A stretch of 64,000 bases of DNA from Octopus sinensis (GCF_006345805.1 NC_043010.1:67766001-67830000); one strand, 5' to 3'; positions 11,606-25,424 are shown, counted from the first letter of the stretch. The notes: generated by a model not told the origin, from the sequence alone. Numbers and translations are program-made.

Positions 11606-12774
11606 ACAGTGGGGTGGGAGTGAGAAACTGAAGGGTTTATGAATCTGGAATTTTGGTCACGTTATTTTGAATTGAAGCAAGGCAGGGCAAATAATAATAA
11701 AAAAAAAAAAGAGGAGCATTGCAAGCACCATAAAAATGGCCAAGAGAGGGATACATGGCAGGAAGGAGATAATGGTCAGTATACACTCACACCAGTACAA
11801 CAGGATGACTGGAAGCTAAAAAGAAAGAAAAAAAAAGGATAAAAACGGCCATGGTTGGAGTAAGGATTTATCAACTACACACAACATCACCACATCTGTG
11901 TAAAAGATGGCAGGAGTAAAGTGGTCTCTAAATAACACTAAACAGCACTGCATGAAGATCACAACACAACTAGAATACATGGCAAGAACAAGAAACGGTC
12001 ACTTATTAACAACAGCACCAGAGTATTACCAAAAAAAAAAAAAAAGTGGGTGAGACTTTGCGGCAAAGAGCAAAAAAATGTTAGTCATTCGTTAAATAAT
12101 CAGCACCACAAAATTATCACAATACAGCCGGGGGTTAAATTAAATCGGTTGCCGTTCCTAATGACAACCACCGTTGGAATGAGCAAATAAAAAAACAACA
12201 ATAGCACGTCAGGGTTCGATGGCCGGAGCGGTAAATGGTCATTGCGTACAACAGCAGCACAAGGTGACCACAGTACAACAGGAATACTTGGAATAGCACC
12301 ATAAGATGACCAAAGTACAACAGCAAGGGGTGAGAGTAGGGAATGGCAAGGGTCTATAAATTTACAACAGGATCACAAGCTGATTGCTTCAAGATATGAA
12401 AAAAAATCATTTCAAATTTGTGCACAAGGCCAGTCATTTTGAGAAGAGATGACCAGTCGGTACTAAGTCAGAACTTGAATTTGGCTGGTACTTTATTTCA
12501 ACAAATTCCAGAGAGATGAAAGGCAAGGTTTGAACCTCAGCAGAATTTGAACCCAGAATGTACAGAGCCACAAGAAATACCACAGGGAAACCTCACCAGT
12601 TATTTGCCTGTTTGTATCTTTATTCTATTACACACACACACATACATACATATATGTATGTATATGCATGTATATATATATACATGCATGCATATATATA
12701 CATGCATGCATATATATATATGTACATACACACACACACATATATATATATACATACATGAATATATATATGCA

Positions 12775-12955
12775 GGTGGCACGTAAAAGCACTCACTACA
12801 CTCTCGGAGTGGTTGGCATTAGGAAGGGCATCCAGCTGTAGAAACCCTGCCAGATCAAGATAGGAGCCTGGTGCAACCATCTGGTTCGCCAGTCCTCAGT
12901 CAAATCGTCCAACCCATGCTAGCAGGGAAAGCGGACGTTAAACGATGATGATGAT
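12775..12955 (+). mobile_element. SINE-like family C, 3' part
   Basis: gcacgtaaaagcactcactacactc..gacgttaaacgatgatgatg. Confidence 0.8.
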
Positions 12956-13661
12956 TCTAGTGATTCTGCCAGCTTGCCATAATTCATGGCAGAGCAGCAG
13001 AGAATTATCAGTTGACACAGAAGATAGGCAGGTATTTATATGGCAGGAAGGAGCAGGAGATGGCCATAATGCTTGGCGAAAACTGAAAACCAGTGGACGG
13101 TAAAAACAAGCAGGGAAAGAAAGCATTATAGATCATGCATGAACCAGGAAGCGGGGGAGGGGGTTAATTTACTGGAAGACAGGGTTTTGGGGGTTCTTAT
13201 AGACACAGAATGCAGTAAGGATAGCAAATGAGGAATTAGAACATACAAAATTGGTGAAACAGCTTTTGGGTAGAGGACGGTTGACAACATGGAAGGATCT
13301 TGTGGGTGAGATTGGAGAGCAACAGACAAACAAGATGTCAAACACACACACACAAAAAAAGCAATGGCAGGTGAACAAGTAGACAGAATTATTTAGTAGT
13401 TGTATAATTATTATTATTATGCTTGGGTGATTTTGGTAACTTAGTGCAAATTTGTTGATACAAGCATGGAAAGCCTGAAGTCAAGCAGCCAAGGTTCAAA
13501 GGACGTTTTCTATTTACTTATATATATATCTGTGTGTGAATTCAATTTGGGTATAAACCTTGTAGTTTACAAAGCTCATCTGCAGGTATTGGCTAGCAAA
13601 TGCTATCGTACAATGAGATTTATCATATCGCTGGATACACATTTGCCATCCTGTGATATAT

Positions 13662-13960
13662 TGTTCATTCTCGAGCCATACCTGGCTCATAAGGGCCAGT
13701 TTCCCGGCTTCCTTGGCGTATAGGTTCCCCACCTGGATGGGACGATGGTCCATCGCAGGTGAGTTGCAAGATGCAGAAGGAAAGGGTGAGAGAATGTTGT
13801 GGCAAAAGAGTCAGCAGAAGTTCGCCATTAGCTTCTGCCGGAGCCGTGTAGAGCTTAGGTGTTTCACTCATAAATACACACATCGCCCGGTCTGAGATTC
13901 GAACCCGCGATCCCTCGACTGCGAGTCCACTGCTCTAACCACGAGGCCATGTGCCTCCAC
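13662..13960 (-). mobile_element. SINE family D, full length with TSD
   Basis: 14-bp TSD atcctgtgatatat (13648-13661, 13961-13974); homologous to 6183-6478. Confidence 0.9.
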
Positions 13961-14343
13961 ATCCTGTGATATATAGAGTTTAAACATATAATAATGCCAG
14001 CGTGAGTAAAGATAAAAAAAAAATCCAACTTTACAGCAGACTACACCCCCTACCTTTAACTACTCAGTCGTGAAATGCGAACAGACCTGGCAAGCTGGAG
14101 CAAACAGTGTTGTGTGCCTTGCTCAAGGTGACGAATGGCTCTTCAGAATTAGTTGATAGCTCCTGTCACTTAAGCATCCAAATCAGCTGTGGATTAGGGG
14201 TAATCTAAAAGCAGAATACGCAAAATAAGAACAAAGTGAAAAACATTCTGGGAACCATCACACCAGATAAAAACGAGGAGATTTTCTCTTTGAGCCAAGG
14301 GTGGAGTGAGATGTGGGTATTGAATGGAAAAGATGCGAAAAGG

Positions 14344-14657
14344 TTGGAGAAAAACTTGAGGTATTACTACACGTCTGCTGGATGTATAATTTTAGTAAGT
14401 ATGTACGAATGACATGGTACAGATGAGCTGAGAGATAAACTGGATTTAAGCGCAATTATTGTATTTTCCAGTATACAAGTTGAATTTTTCAGACCAAAAT
14501 TTGCAGCCAAAAAGAGGTAGGTTAACTTATACACCAAGATGATTTGGGAGGACCAAATATTCCATGTTAAATGCAGTGGGATTTGGAAAGACAGATGTTG
14601 TTTGTTTACATTAGATGTTTATATTACATACTAAATAGATTTGTATGCCAGAAAATA
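14344..14657 (+). repeat. 314-bp direct repeat, copy 2
   Basis: Highly similar to 11292-11605. Confidence 0.9.
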
Positions 14658-15315
14658 TGATACACATAGCACTAAGAGTACCATATGAGTGAGATCGTTG
14701 CCAGAGCAACAAGCTAGCCTTCGTGCCGATGGCACGTTAAAAACACCATTCGAGCGTGAGGGCATATTGGACAAAGAGAGGATGGTCTCGTTTGCAACAT
14801 CTACGATCATAGGTTGCATAAGCAGAGTTGTCTTGGGGGTTAAAGAACAACATGGAAGCCTCAATGAAAACGTAGTAACCTCCTGTTATTGGAAAGGCAT
14901 AACTGCCAACACACCTTCATGCAATATGACTGTCTATTTTGAAGTAGGCAATGGAATGGGAGGGGGTGACGGAGATACAGGGGAAAAAAAAACTGGTTGG
15001 TCATGGTGGGAAAGATTTCGATCATAGGTCTGCTTGATCTATCAAAGGTGACCTAGGGTTGTAAAACAATAATAACGATACAGGCTATGCTGATGAGAAT
15101 TAAATTAGTGTAATTTTGTTGAGCAAGTCGGCTGGACACAGAGATGTGAAAATTACTTTGAATTAAATAAAAAGTATAAAGATAAAAATCCGAGATAGCT
15201 TTATCGGGAAAAAGTTTAAACCTCGACAGCGTATCAATATGAGATTCAAAATAAACACGAGAATTTAATAGATGTAGGATGTCACATGTGGGAGGGAGAC
15301 AGAGAGAGAGAGAGA

Positions 15316-15611
15316 GATCATCTTTCGGAAACATTTTTTCACGCTAAGAGTTGCTGAAGCATGGAACAAACTGCCGGCATCAGTTTTTAGTTGTCGGAGC
15401 ACTGCGTCCTTCAAAACTTCCATGCTTCCTGAGATTCATCAACACTACACCTGATTTCCTCCCCTCCATACACACGCAAGCATGTATCTGACTCGTACAC
15501 TGTTCGCTTTCCAGACATTTTTACATTACTGCATATGCTTTATACGCACTTTTGACAAGTTGTGGTGCACCTGAGCACTGTATACAATAATTTCATTATT
15601 ATTATTATTAA
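15316..15611 (+). mobile_element. CR1-clade LINE 3' end with (ATT)n tail
   Basis: Encodes RKHFFTLRVAEAWNKLPASV..SFKTSMLPEIHQHYT*, the typical CR1/L2 C-terminal FF..RV...WN.LP motif, then a 3' UTR and (att)n. Confidence 0.85.
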
Positions 15612-15972
15612 ATAAAAGTCAATGAAAATTTTAATAAGTATGTGTGTGTATATAAATGTTAATGTTATTACAAAAAGCCAGTTCAAAGAAGGATAGCAAC
15701 TGAACATCTACCAATAAGGAGATCACTACTAAAACAAATTTTATAATATATACATAGCATTTTGTATATCATACTTTATGCAAAAATACTGTAGAAATAC
15801 ACACACACACACTATATATATATATATGTATCTCTTGAGATCATGATTTCAGTACCTAGACCAGGTAGTGTGTTATGTTCTCGAGCAGAACACATCATGC
15901 CATGTTGCTCCTGCGATCACTTTGACACCTGATTCGTGGTACACAGTGCACCTGTTCAGGTAACATCGGCTT

Positions 15973-16005
<33 letters not shown>

Positions 16006-16119
16006 AGGTGACATGCTGCACGAACATTTGATCACTATAAACAAATAATTTTGGCAGGTCGTTTGGTGAAAGCTGGACACTCATATGCAGTCTTCAATGT
16101 GAGAGTCCATCTTTTAGGC

Positions 16120-16474
16120 TTTTACTTGTTTCAGTCATTTGACTGCGGCCATGCTGGAGCACCGCCTTTTAGTCGAGCGAATCGACCCCCGGGACTTATT
16201 CTTTGTAAGCCTAGTACTTATTCTATCGGCCCCTTTTGCTGAACCGCTAAGTTACGGGGGCGTAAACACACCAGCATCGGTTGTCAAGTGATGTTGGGGG
16301 GGACAAGCACAGACACACAAACATATACACACACATAAATATATACACACATACATATATATGACAGGCTTCTTTCAGTTTCCATCTACCAAATCCACTC
16401 ACAAGGTGCCACACAGTGGGACTGAGCCCGGAACCATGTGGTTGGTAAGCAAGCTACTTACCACACAGCCACTC
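16120..16474 (-). mobile_element. SINE family A
   Basis: Reverse complement of the 25229-25625 copy. Confidence 0.85.
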
Positions 16475-17647
16475 ATATATATATATATAATCATGCACAC
16501 TCATAAGTGGACAAATTAAAAATTGGCACTCAATGCATTTAGTAGGGGTTACAATTATTTTTTTAAGTAATAGTTTCGACATAAGCTCCATGTGACTTAA
16601 AGGGTTCATGGGCTCATAGAATAAACTCATCTGATACCGAGAGAAGAAGTAGATTTGTCCTACATGTCCATGAAACTTTAAGTCACATGGAACTGAGCCA
16701 AATTCTCATTAATATATATGTGCCACAGAAACCAGGAAAACCGATCTCATGAGTCTATAGGGATCAGAAAGAATCTTTATCCTATATACACAGGTACACA
16801 AACGTGTGACAGGAGTATGAGAGATGGACACTGGATTCAGGGGCAGTCAGCTGACTGGCCAAAGAAATCATTTAACCCTCAGCATTTTGTCTCTCCTATC
16901 CCCACTGGGTCTACTCACTTCTGCAAATCAGGTTGCTCCAGTCGAACCAGAATAAAATGAAAAAAAAAGGGGGGGGGGCATATGAAGAGGTCCAGCCCAA
17001 GCAAGGAGGCAAATGCATTGTTTGCACCAACGTTTTGTGCAAATCTTTTAGTTTGGGGTTCAAGTCTACTCCACCCCTGCCTCCCACCACAGTATCAAAA
17101 GAATTTTTATGAGATGAAGAGGCATTCCCTCAAGTCAACAGAACCATTGGTTCATGGATGGATGCATACGAATGGAGAAAAAGTTGAGAGAAATTGACAT
17201 TATTTATAACCCCTGTGCCTGATGTACAAATATTGGAATCAGTATAAACTGAAATCACGTCAGTGTGCTCCCAACATATAAAGTACATTCTAAGCATATG
17301 GTCTTTCCCATGCTGCATCACTAATTAATGACTTTAGTGCTGGATTCCTAATTACACATAACTAATTATAGACCCTGGTTAAGAGGCTGACACCAATGAA
17401 TGTAGATATCTCTTATCTATTAAACAAGGAACAAGCGTGTTCACGCACACATAATGGAATTTCTGCCTATCACAGAAATTTTTCCGCAAGGCTTTGGTTG
17501 GCCCAAGGCTGAAGAAGTCACTTGCCCAAGGTGCCGCACAGTGGGACTGAACCCCAAACCATGTGACTGGGAAGCAAGCTTCTTAACCACACAGCCAAAC
17601 TTGATTACATAACAATTATTATACACAAACACACACACACACAAAAA

Positions 17648-17857
17648 AGGGTGCTGAAAAGTTCTTGGCTTTAAGAGTATTGTAAAAGGCGTAGTGGGAA
17701 GCCCAACCTTATGAGGTCTTTTGCAGGGTTCAGAAAAACTGAAGGACCGCTGCAATAAGTGTATGAATCTGAGAGGGGAATATATTGAATAAAATCATAA
17801 TTAACTGATCCTCTTGTATCATTTTTATCCAAACCCAGGAACTTTCCAGTACCCCCT
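17648..17857 (+). mobile_element. Mariner-derived non-autonomous element
   Basis: Imperfect TIRs agggtgctgaaaagttcttgg / ccaggaactttccagtaccccct. Internal remnant of the transposase end (EKL..RCNKCMNLRGEYIE). Confidence 0.7.
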
Positions 17858-17887
17858 TGTGTGTGTGTGTGTATATATATATATATT

Positions 17888-18115
17888 TCGGCCAGGCTTG
17901 AAATCTGGCTGATGACAGTCAAGGCTGATCTGGAACCCAACCTAGGCCCCCATATCTACGGCGTTCGCCGCTGGAATAAGGAGTGGTTGGAGATCACGCG
18001 GTCGTTAGCCTCAAATCGCCAGGCCTGGTCGGCGTTTGTGAGAGATGCAGCATTGAAGGTGAATGAAGCCAGCTTAACCCACCCCGGGTGAATGCTGTCT
18101 CAAGACAAGGAGAAA
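17888..18115 (+). mobile_element. RTE-clade LINE 3' end
   Basis: WLMTVKADLEPNLGPHIYGVRRWNKEWLEITRSLASNRQAWSAFVRDA..THPG*; homologous to 22820-23105. Confidence 0.8.
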
Positions 18116-18715
18116 GAAGATATATACACACACACACACACACAGTTGATGATAATCCTTTATCCAAAATTCAGAATCTTGTAAGGCAAAAGAAAAAAAA
18201 AAAAAAACAACTCTAAAAACCTGAAATGCTTCCTCTGCCCCACTCAAGTGAGAGAAGTGCGATACGTATAAAATTCCAGAAAGTGCTAAGAAAATTCCTT
18301 AGGAACGTGAACAGCTATTGTGAACCATGCTTCTAGCCATCAGCTGTTGCCCAACCTAAGGAATCGTCATCTGACTGAGGTTGGTCGATCAAAAGAGTAA
18401 ATGGACAGATTTGTTTTGGTGAAAAGCACAAGCCTATCTCCACGGCCCCACAGCAGAGCAAACCTTTTTACAAGTGCATAATTGGAAATTAGTGCCAAAT
18501 TTATATAAAATTATCTTCAAGGGTATACGTATGCATATTAGCTGGGTTGTGGATCTGTGAATGGATAAATATGTTTAGATAGGAGGGCTGTTTTCCTTCC
18601 TAAGATGTCCCATTTTATAAATGTAAATATACAACCATTAGAAACCCCAGAAACTGAAACAATTCTGGTCTTAAGCCTTTTGGAAAAAGGATTATCAATT
18701 GTGTGAGTCTGTGCA

Positions 18716-19108
18716 TTTTACTTGTTTCAGTCATTAGACTGGCCATACTGGGGCGTCACCTTGAAGAGCTTTTAGCTGAATGAATTGACCCCAGGACCTT
18801 TTTTTTTTTTAAAACCTGGTATTCGTTCTATTGCTATCGTTTGCCAAACTGCTAAGTAATGGGGGACATAAACATACCAACACTGGTTTTCAAGTGGTAG
18901 TGGGAGATAAACACAGGCACAAAGATACACACAAATGTAAATATATATGATGGGCTTCTTTCAGTTTTCATCTACCAAACTTCCTCACAAGGCTTTGGGC
19001 AACCCGAGGCTATAGGTAGAAGACACTTGCCCAAGATGTCACACAGTGGGACTGAACCTGGAGCCATGCAGTTGGGAAGCTTCTTCTCACACAGCCATAC
19101 CTACCCCT
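18716..19108 (-). mobile_element. SINE family A, diverged
   Basis: Family A motifs in reverse orientation. Confidence 0.8.
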
Positions 19109-19257
19109 ATATATATATATATAAAATATAAATTAGAGATAAAACCACTATTATGCAATTCAAACAGCGATAGACATATTTATACTGTGAAATTTGATTT
19201 AATACTAAATTGAATTTTTCCCTGTAAGTTTGGAGATATACTTCCTAATATTATTAT

Positions 19258-19295
<38 letters not shown>

Positions 19296-20045
19296 GTATG
19301 TATATATATACACACACATATACATACATACATACACATATAATTTAACACACATGTGTATGATATTTATGCTTAGCCATACAGGGCAAATAGTAATCCT
19401 AACAAACCGTACGTTAGAATTCACAATAATACTCAAAATCACCGCTCTGCACACATGCATTGACCATGAGGTAGTGAGGATATCAGAGTAATCCATCCAT
19501 CCATTCATTCAGACTTGCAGACACACACCCACCCACAACACAACAGAAGTACAATGATTGGCAGGGGTTGAGGAAGCGAGTTTTTTTTTTTAAATATCGT
19601 CAATAATAAACGACAAAATAACCGTAATTACATAAATAAAAATCCATCAGCTTTCAAAAAAAAACCAAAAAAAAAAACCACCAATATCAATGCTGGAATG
19701 AATTTAACATGTTAACCGCCCATGGCCGGTTACTGGCGTTTTTGTGAAATTTGTGACGAACCACCAACAGCACATGTAGCGGCTAACACGTTAATTACAT
19801 TAATTCATGTTCTTTTGTCCTATTATTATTATTATTATTAGTAGTAGTAGTAGTAGTAGTATATAAGAGCAGTTGAAGTTTAGAACTCCACACACGATTA
19901 TCGTTATCATCATCCAGTCTGCTTTTAGTAAAGTGGTTTGCTTATTACCATACTTAGAAGTAACAGTAGTACAAAGTATAGTAGCCGCTAGTATCATTTA
20001 GTGGTATCACCATGTGCATTGCACCACAGCCATAAAACATATATA

Positions 20046-20252
20046 CTCTTTTACTTGTTTCAGTCATTTGACTGCGACCATACTGGAGCACCGTCTTTAG
20101 TCGAGCAAATCGACCCCAGGACTTATTCTTTGTAAGCCTAGTAGTTATTCTATCAGTCTCTTTTGCCGAACTGCTAAGTTATGGGGACGTAAACACACCA
20201 GCATCGGTTGTCAAGCAATGTTGGGGGAACAAACACAGACACACAAACATAT

Positions 20253-20288
<36 letters not shown>

Positions 20289-20459
20289 ATATATATGACA
20301 GGCTTCTTTCAGTTTCCGTCTTCTAAATCCGCTCACAAGGCTTTGATCGGCCCGAAGCTATAGTAGAAGACACTTGCCCAAGGTGCCACGCAGTGGGACT
20401 GAACCCAGAACCATGTGGTTCGTAAGCAAGCTACTTACCACACAGCCACTCTACGCCTA
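20046..20459 (-). mobile_element. SINE family A, full length
   Basis: Family A motifs in reverse, with an internal (TA)/(CA) microsatellite. Confidence 0.88.
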
Positions 20460-21108
20460 TATATAGGGAGTAAACTATATAAAATTGTATTTATCATAAT
20501 AATTTCTCTTATATGTGTATATGTGTGTATGAATTTTTTTAATTCTTTTACTCGTTTCAGTTGTTTTCCCATGGTTGGGAAGCAAGCTTCTTACCACACA
20601 GCGATGCCTGCACCTATATATATATATATATATAATATATATATATATATTATATATATATATATATTATATATATAGAGAGAGAGAGAGAGAGAGCGAC
20701 TGACAGACAGACAGAGAGAGAGGAGTTAAGCTGGAAGCCAGGAAGAGCTGACAAGCAGTGATTTGGCCATATCTGCTGACCCATCAACAGAAGGATGTTA
20801 TTGTTCAGGCCTGAGACACCTGATGACCATTGGATACTGTCTGATGGTTTCAGTTCCTCCTGGCCAAAGCTCCATTCTCTTTGGTGAGTGGAAAAGAAGG
20901 TGCCTTCTTCTAGGTATTATCAATAATGGATAGATAGAGACACACACATACACACACACACATACAGTTCTTCACACGAGCTGTGGTGTTAATGCTTGGT
21001 GTTACGTTTGACTGAATCTTAGAGCAATCCAGCCTCTTAGACTGGGTGATAAAGTGAATTATAGTCGAGACTCCCCACCACCACTAACAAACTAAATAGG
21101 TTTCATAT

Positions 21109-21163
<55 letters not shown>

Positions 21164-21649
21164 TATATATATGTCACCCACTGTTAATGGGAGTGGGGGG
21201 GGTCTAGGAGAATATAGAATAGGGGTTTTGTTTTGTGTGTTGTCTGTACTGAATTGCGTTTCACTGGCTGGTAAAGAGCAGAGTATCAAGTAATCATAGA
21301 CATGAAGGAGTAGTGCATCCACGTCGATGACCATGCACTCAACAAACACATATACACACATATAAGAATATGTGTTCTCTCTCTCTTTCTCAGACACACA
21401 CACACACATGCGTTTACCGTATCACACACACACACACAGTCAATGAAAAATATACATGGGACACTGACAAAGAAAGAAAAGAAAGACGTATTGCCTGGCA
21501 AAGAAGTCAGCTGGGAATAGGAGATGAAGCCCAAATCATTACAAAAGGTCCTATTTGTGGGTTCCATTTTTTTAGCTTGTTTCCTCTTGATTTTTTTTTC
21601 TCTTTCTTAGCCCATTCTTTTTTTTACCTAAGTTCATGCACACACACAA

Positions 21650-21681
<32 letters not shown>

Positions 21682-21918
21682 ACATACATACACACACAAA
21701 TGAGCACATGCTTAGTACAATTGCACCCTGCATAAACTGATGCTATGCTGCAGCAAATATAAACATGTAGACCGTATCACACACACACACACACACATGG
21801 TGGGTGTTGCCGTTGCCTCTGACATAATATTTTAACTTTTCAAGCTCAGAATTATGTTTTCCTTAATTCTGTTTTTTCCCTCAAGTACGAAAAAAAAATA
21901 ACAAAATTTGTTAAATCA

Positions 21919-21963
<45 letters not shown>

Positions 21964-22107
21964 AAGACATTGATATCATGTGCATATATGGATGCGCAAG
22001 TGTGTGCATGGGTGTAAGGTAGATACAATGTGTGTATGCCTATAGGTGTGTATGTGTGTTTGTGTGTGAGTGTGTGTATATAGAAAATGAAAGAAAATAC
22101 AGCAATC

Positions 22108-22542
22108 TTAGCCGAGAAGCATCTGAATGTCTTCATCCCCGTTGCCGGCCGGAGAGTCTGCAGCGATCCGAGTATATGCTAACGTTACTGGCTGCTTCCT
22201 TCGTGTGAGGCGGTAGCGAACGGCAACGAGCACAACTCCACCGATTATGCAGAAGAAAATGACAAAGACTAAGACCAGGCAGGTGACGAGGAGCCAGTTC
22301 TTTTGCCCTTTGGTGTGCGTACCTGACGGCTGTACACCTGGTCTGATTAGCTGTTGCACTGTGGTTGTTGCTTTCGGAGAAGCAGTGTCGCTGTTTCCAT
22401 GATCGGAGCCGGAGTCCTGTGATGGTGGTATGGAGGACAATTCCCCATTATTGTTGTTGGAGTTGTTGGTGAACCAGGTAGGGACGAAACACAGATCAAA
22501 AGGACAGCAACAAATTTCACTGGTTGCAGGTGGGTTTGTAAT
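22108..22542 (-). CDS. Exon 5 (terminal) of three-finger membrane protein: end of domain 2, stalk, TM, cytoplasmic tail
   Basis: Acceptor tctccttttttaatctag, phase 0. ITNPPATSEICCCPFDLCFVPTWF...KNWLLVTCLVLVFVIFFCIIGGVVLVAVRYRLTRRKQPVTLAYTRIAADSPAGNGDEDIQMLLG*. The five exons sum to 1092 nt (363 aa + stop). Confidence 0.93.
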   Translation of the reverse strand: MTNPPATSEICCCPFDLCFVPTWFTNNSNNNNGELSSIPPSQDSGSDHGNSDTASPKATTTVQQLIRPGVQPSGTHTKGQKNWLLVTCLVLVFVIFFCIIGGVVLVAVRYRLTRRKQPVTLAYTRIAADSPAGNGDEDIQMLLG

Positions 22543-22819
22543 CTAGATTAAAAAAGGAGAGGAAAAAAAAAAATGAGATCAGTTAAACGATAAAATCTTG
22601 ACCATATAGAGATAAGTTCAGATCATACTGCACTCATTATGAAAGAAAGTAGCACTCAATACATTTGGTTGGTGTTACATGTATTTTTTATAACAGTTTT
22701 GACTTGGCTTCACATGAAAACTAAAAATTTTGTGGATAGATAGGATATGTTCACCTCATCAAATGCAGAGACAGAGCAAAGGTTTTGTAAGAAATCTAAT
22801 TGTCATCTGCTGTAGACCC

Positions 22820-23105
22820 TTACTTGTACTTATGACGGCGGTCACCCAGGGCAGGTTGAGCCAGCTTCTTCTCTGGTCCTGAGGGCATCACAAACCATGG
22901 CGACCCACGCTCAACGGTCCTGTGCGAGGTCACTGGAGATAGCGAGCCATTCGCGATTCCATCTGCGCAGACCGACCACCTGCGGACCTGAGAGTTCGGA
23001 GAGGTCCTCCTTTATCGTCGTTGCCCAGGTCTTCAGCTGCCCGCCCTTGCGTTCACGCCAGCTGGCACGTAGAGGTGGAAGGAGGACATCGTGAATCAGC
23101 TCACC
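22820..23105 (-). mobile_element. RTE-clade LINE 3' end in intron 4
   Basis: SWRERKGGQLKTWATTIKEDLSELSGPQVVGLRRWNREWLAISSDLAQDR*AWVAMV..AGSTCPG*, then a (caagta)-like tail. Confidence 0.85.
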
Positions 23106-23474
23106 ACCTGTAAAACAAGCTCAACCAAAACCTTTGAGCGAATTTAGATGGAAACTGAAAGAAGCCCATCATATGTGTATGAGGGTGTCAAGTATGTATA
23201 CGGAGGCTCGTGGCTTAGTGAGTTCGATACCCAATGTGTTGTGTCCTTGAGCAAGACCCTTTATTTCACACTACTCCAGTTCACACAACTGGCAAACTGT
23301 TCAGTGTATTTGTGTTTCGAGGGGCAAGCCTTGTCGTATATTGACTTTATATCACTTTTTTCTTAAGAAATTTACATGAAAAAACTAAATCTCAATTTCA
23401 GTCAATTTATCCAACTTTACATCGATCTTAGCAAAAATAAGACAATTAAGCAACACCTAGAAATCAATACTTAT

Positions 23475-24350
23475 TTCTTTACTGCCCACAAGGGGCTACA
23501 CACAGAGGGGACAGACAAACGGATTAAGTCGATTATATCGACCCCAGTGCATAACTGGTACTTAATTAATCGAACCCGAAAGGATAAAAGGCAAAGGCGA
23601 CCTCAGCGGAATTTGAACTCAGAACATAGCAGCAGACGAAATACCTATTTCTTTACTACCCACAAGGGGCTAAACACAGAAGGGACAAACGGATTAAGTC
23701 GATTATATCGACCCCAGTACATAACTGGTACTTATTTAATCGAGCCCGAAAGAATGAAAGGCAAAGTTGAACTTGGAACATAGCGACAGACGAAATACCT
23801 ATTTCTTTACTACCCACAAGGGGCTAAACACAGAAGGGACAAACAAGGAAAGACAAACGGATTAAGTCGATTATATCGACCCCAGTGCATAACTGGTACT
23901 TAATTAATCGAACCCGAAAGGATAAAAGGCAAAGGCGACCTCAGCGGAATTTGAACTCAGAACGTAGCAGCAGACGAAATACCTATTTCTTTACTACCCA
24001 CAAGGGGCTAAACACAGAAGGGACAAACGGATTAAGTCGATTATATCGACCCCAGTACATAACTGGTACTTATTTAATCGAGCCCGAAAGAATGAAAGGC
24101 AAAGTTGAACTCGGAACATAGCGACAGACGAAATACCTATTTCTTTACTACCCACAAGGGGCTAAACACAGAAGGGACAAACAAGGAAAGACAAACGTAT
24201 TAAGTCGATTATATCAACCCCAGTGCATCCGAAAGGATGAAAGGCAAAGTCGACCTTGGTGGAATTTGAACTCAGAATGTAACGGCAGACGAAATACCGC
24301 TGAGCATTTCGCCCGGCGTGCTAACGTCTCTGCCAGCTCGTCGCCTAACT
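23475..24350 (-). repeat. Multimer of family B SINEs including a ~339-bp direct duplication
   Basis: ggattaagtcgattatatcgaccccagtgcataac at 23521 and 23860; alternating unit variants. Confidence 0.85.
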
Positions 24351-24451
24351 ATAAATCAATACTGAAGTGGAAAAAATCAAATAAATTATGTGCGAAAATA
24401 CAGATAAACTATTTATTAAAACAGATATAAGGTAATAAATTTTTACAAACG

Positions 24452-24848
24452 ACTAGCAGTATCGCCCGGCGTTGCTCGGGTTTGTAAGGGAAATAACTAT
24501 ATAAGCATTTCTAGAGATGTAAAGTATAATAGCCATCTCAATATGGCTAACCACAAAGGGGGGTGGTGTTACTGTAGCTTTTTACGTTCTGAGATTTAAT
24601 AATAAAGTTTTAGAGAGTTACTTCCCTTATATATGACAAAAATGCATTAAAAATGGGAAAAATTGATAGCAAATTTTTTTTTAAATCGTAGACTCATCGT
24701 AGACGCGTGCTTATACCCAGAAGGGCTTGATATGAATCACAACTATAAGATACCCGGTTTTGGTTAAACTGCACCGCAAAATGTGGGAGTAGTTAGGAAT
24801 CTAAATCGTAGGAGACAGACACACAACTTGACTTTTATTTATAAAGAT
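24452..24848 (+). mobile_element. Non-autonomous Helitron/Helentron-like element
   Basis: Starts actagcagtatcgcccggcgttgctcggg (short hairpin) and ends ..gacagacacacaac..ttttatttataaagat, followed by T. No TSD seen. Confidence 0.6.
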
Positions 24849-25228
24849 TTTTCGTGTTAGGTTTTATCTTTTTTCTTTCTCTTCTTAATTCGCATGTCTT
24901 AGAACTCATTACAGCCTTAAGATGAAGTTTGCCAGTATTGCGTTGTGAGTTATCTCCCTTTACGCCAAGGATAACTCCATGATTTTCAATTCGCTACCAA
25001 CCAAAGAAACAGGGAGGAAGGAGGTAAGGAGGACAAATTAACTGAAAGTGATGCTCCAGAATGACCACAGACTAATGGCTGAAACCAGTGACAGGAACTA
25101 TGTTCTTTAACTTTGGCATACCTATCCAATTGTGCGCATCCCGACTCCTGTCTGTTTCTTTATCATTTTCAGAAAAATGGGTATTTCAGTAAATGAAATT
25201 TTCTACAAATACCTGAAAGAAGCCCGTC

Positions 25229-25381
25229 GCTGTGTGGTAAGTAGCTTGTTTACCAACCACATGGTTCCGGGTTCAGTCCCACTGCGTGGCACCTTGGGCA
25301 AGTGTCTTCTGCTATAGCCCCGAGCCGACCAAAGCCTTGTGAGTGGATTTGGTAGACAGAAACTGAAAGAAGCCTGTCGTA

Positions 25382-25424
<43 letters not shown>

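Noticed and set aside
11292-14657. LTR retrotransposon/TRIM reading of the 314-bp direct repeats
   Set aside because: No TG..CA ends, PBS, PPT or TSD seen; the interior is made of ordinary SINEs.
16570-16700. Minus-strand CAGATGA..stem..GAAAC hammerhead candidate
   Set aside because: The core U is mutated and stems I and III cannot form; better explained as a small inverted repeat.
20815-20860. CTGATGA followed by a CCAT/ATGG stem as a hammerhead
   Set aside because: The stem is followed by TTTC, not GAAA; no stem III.
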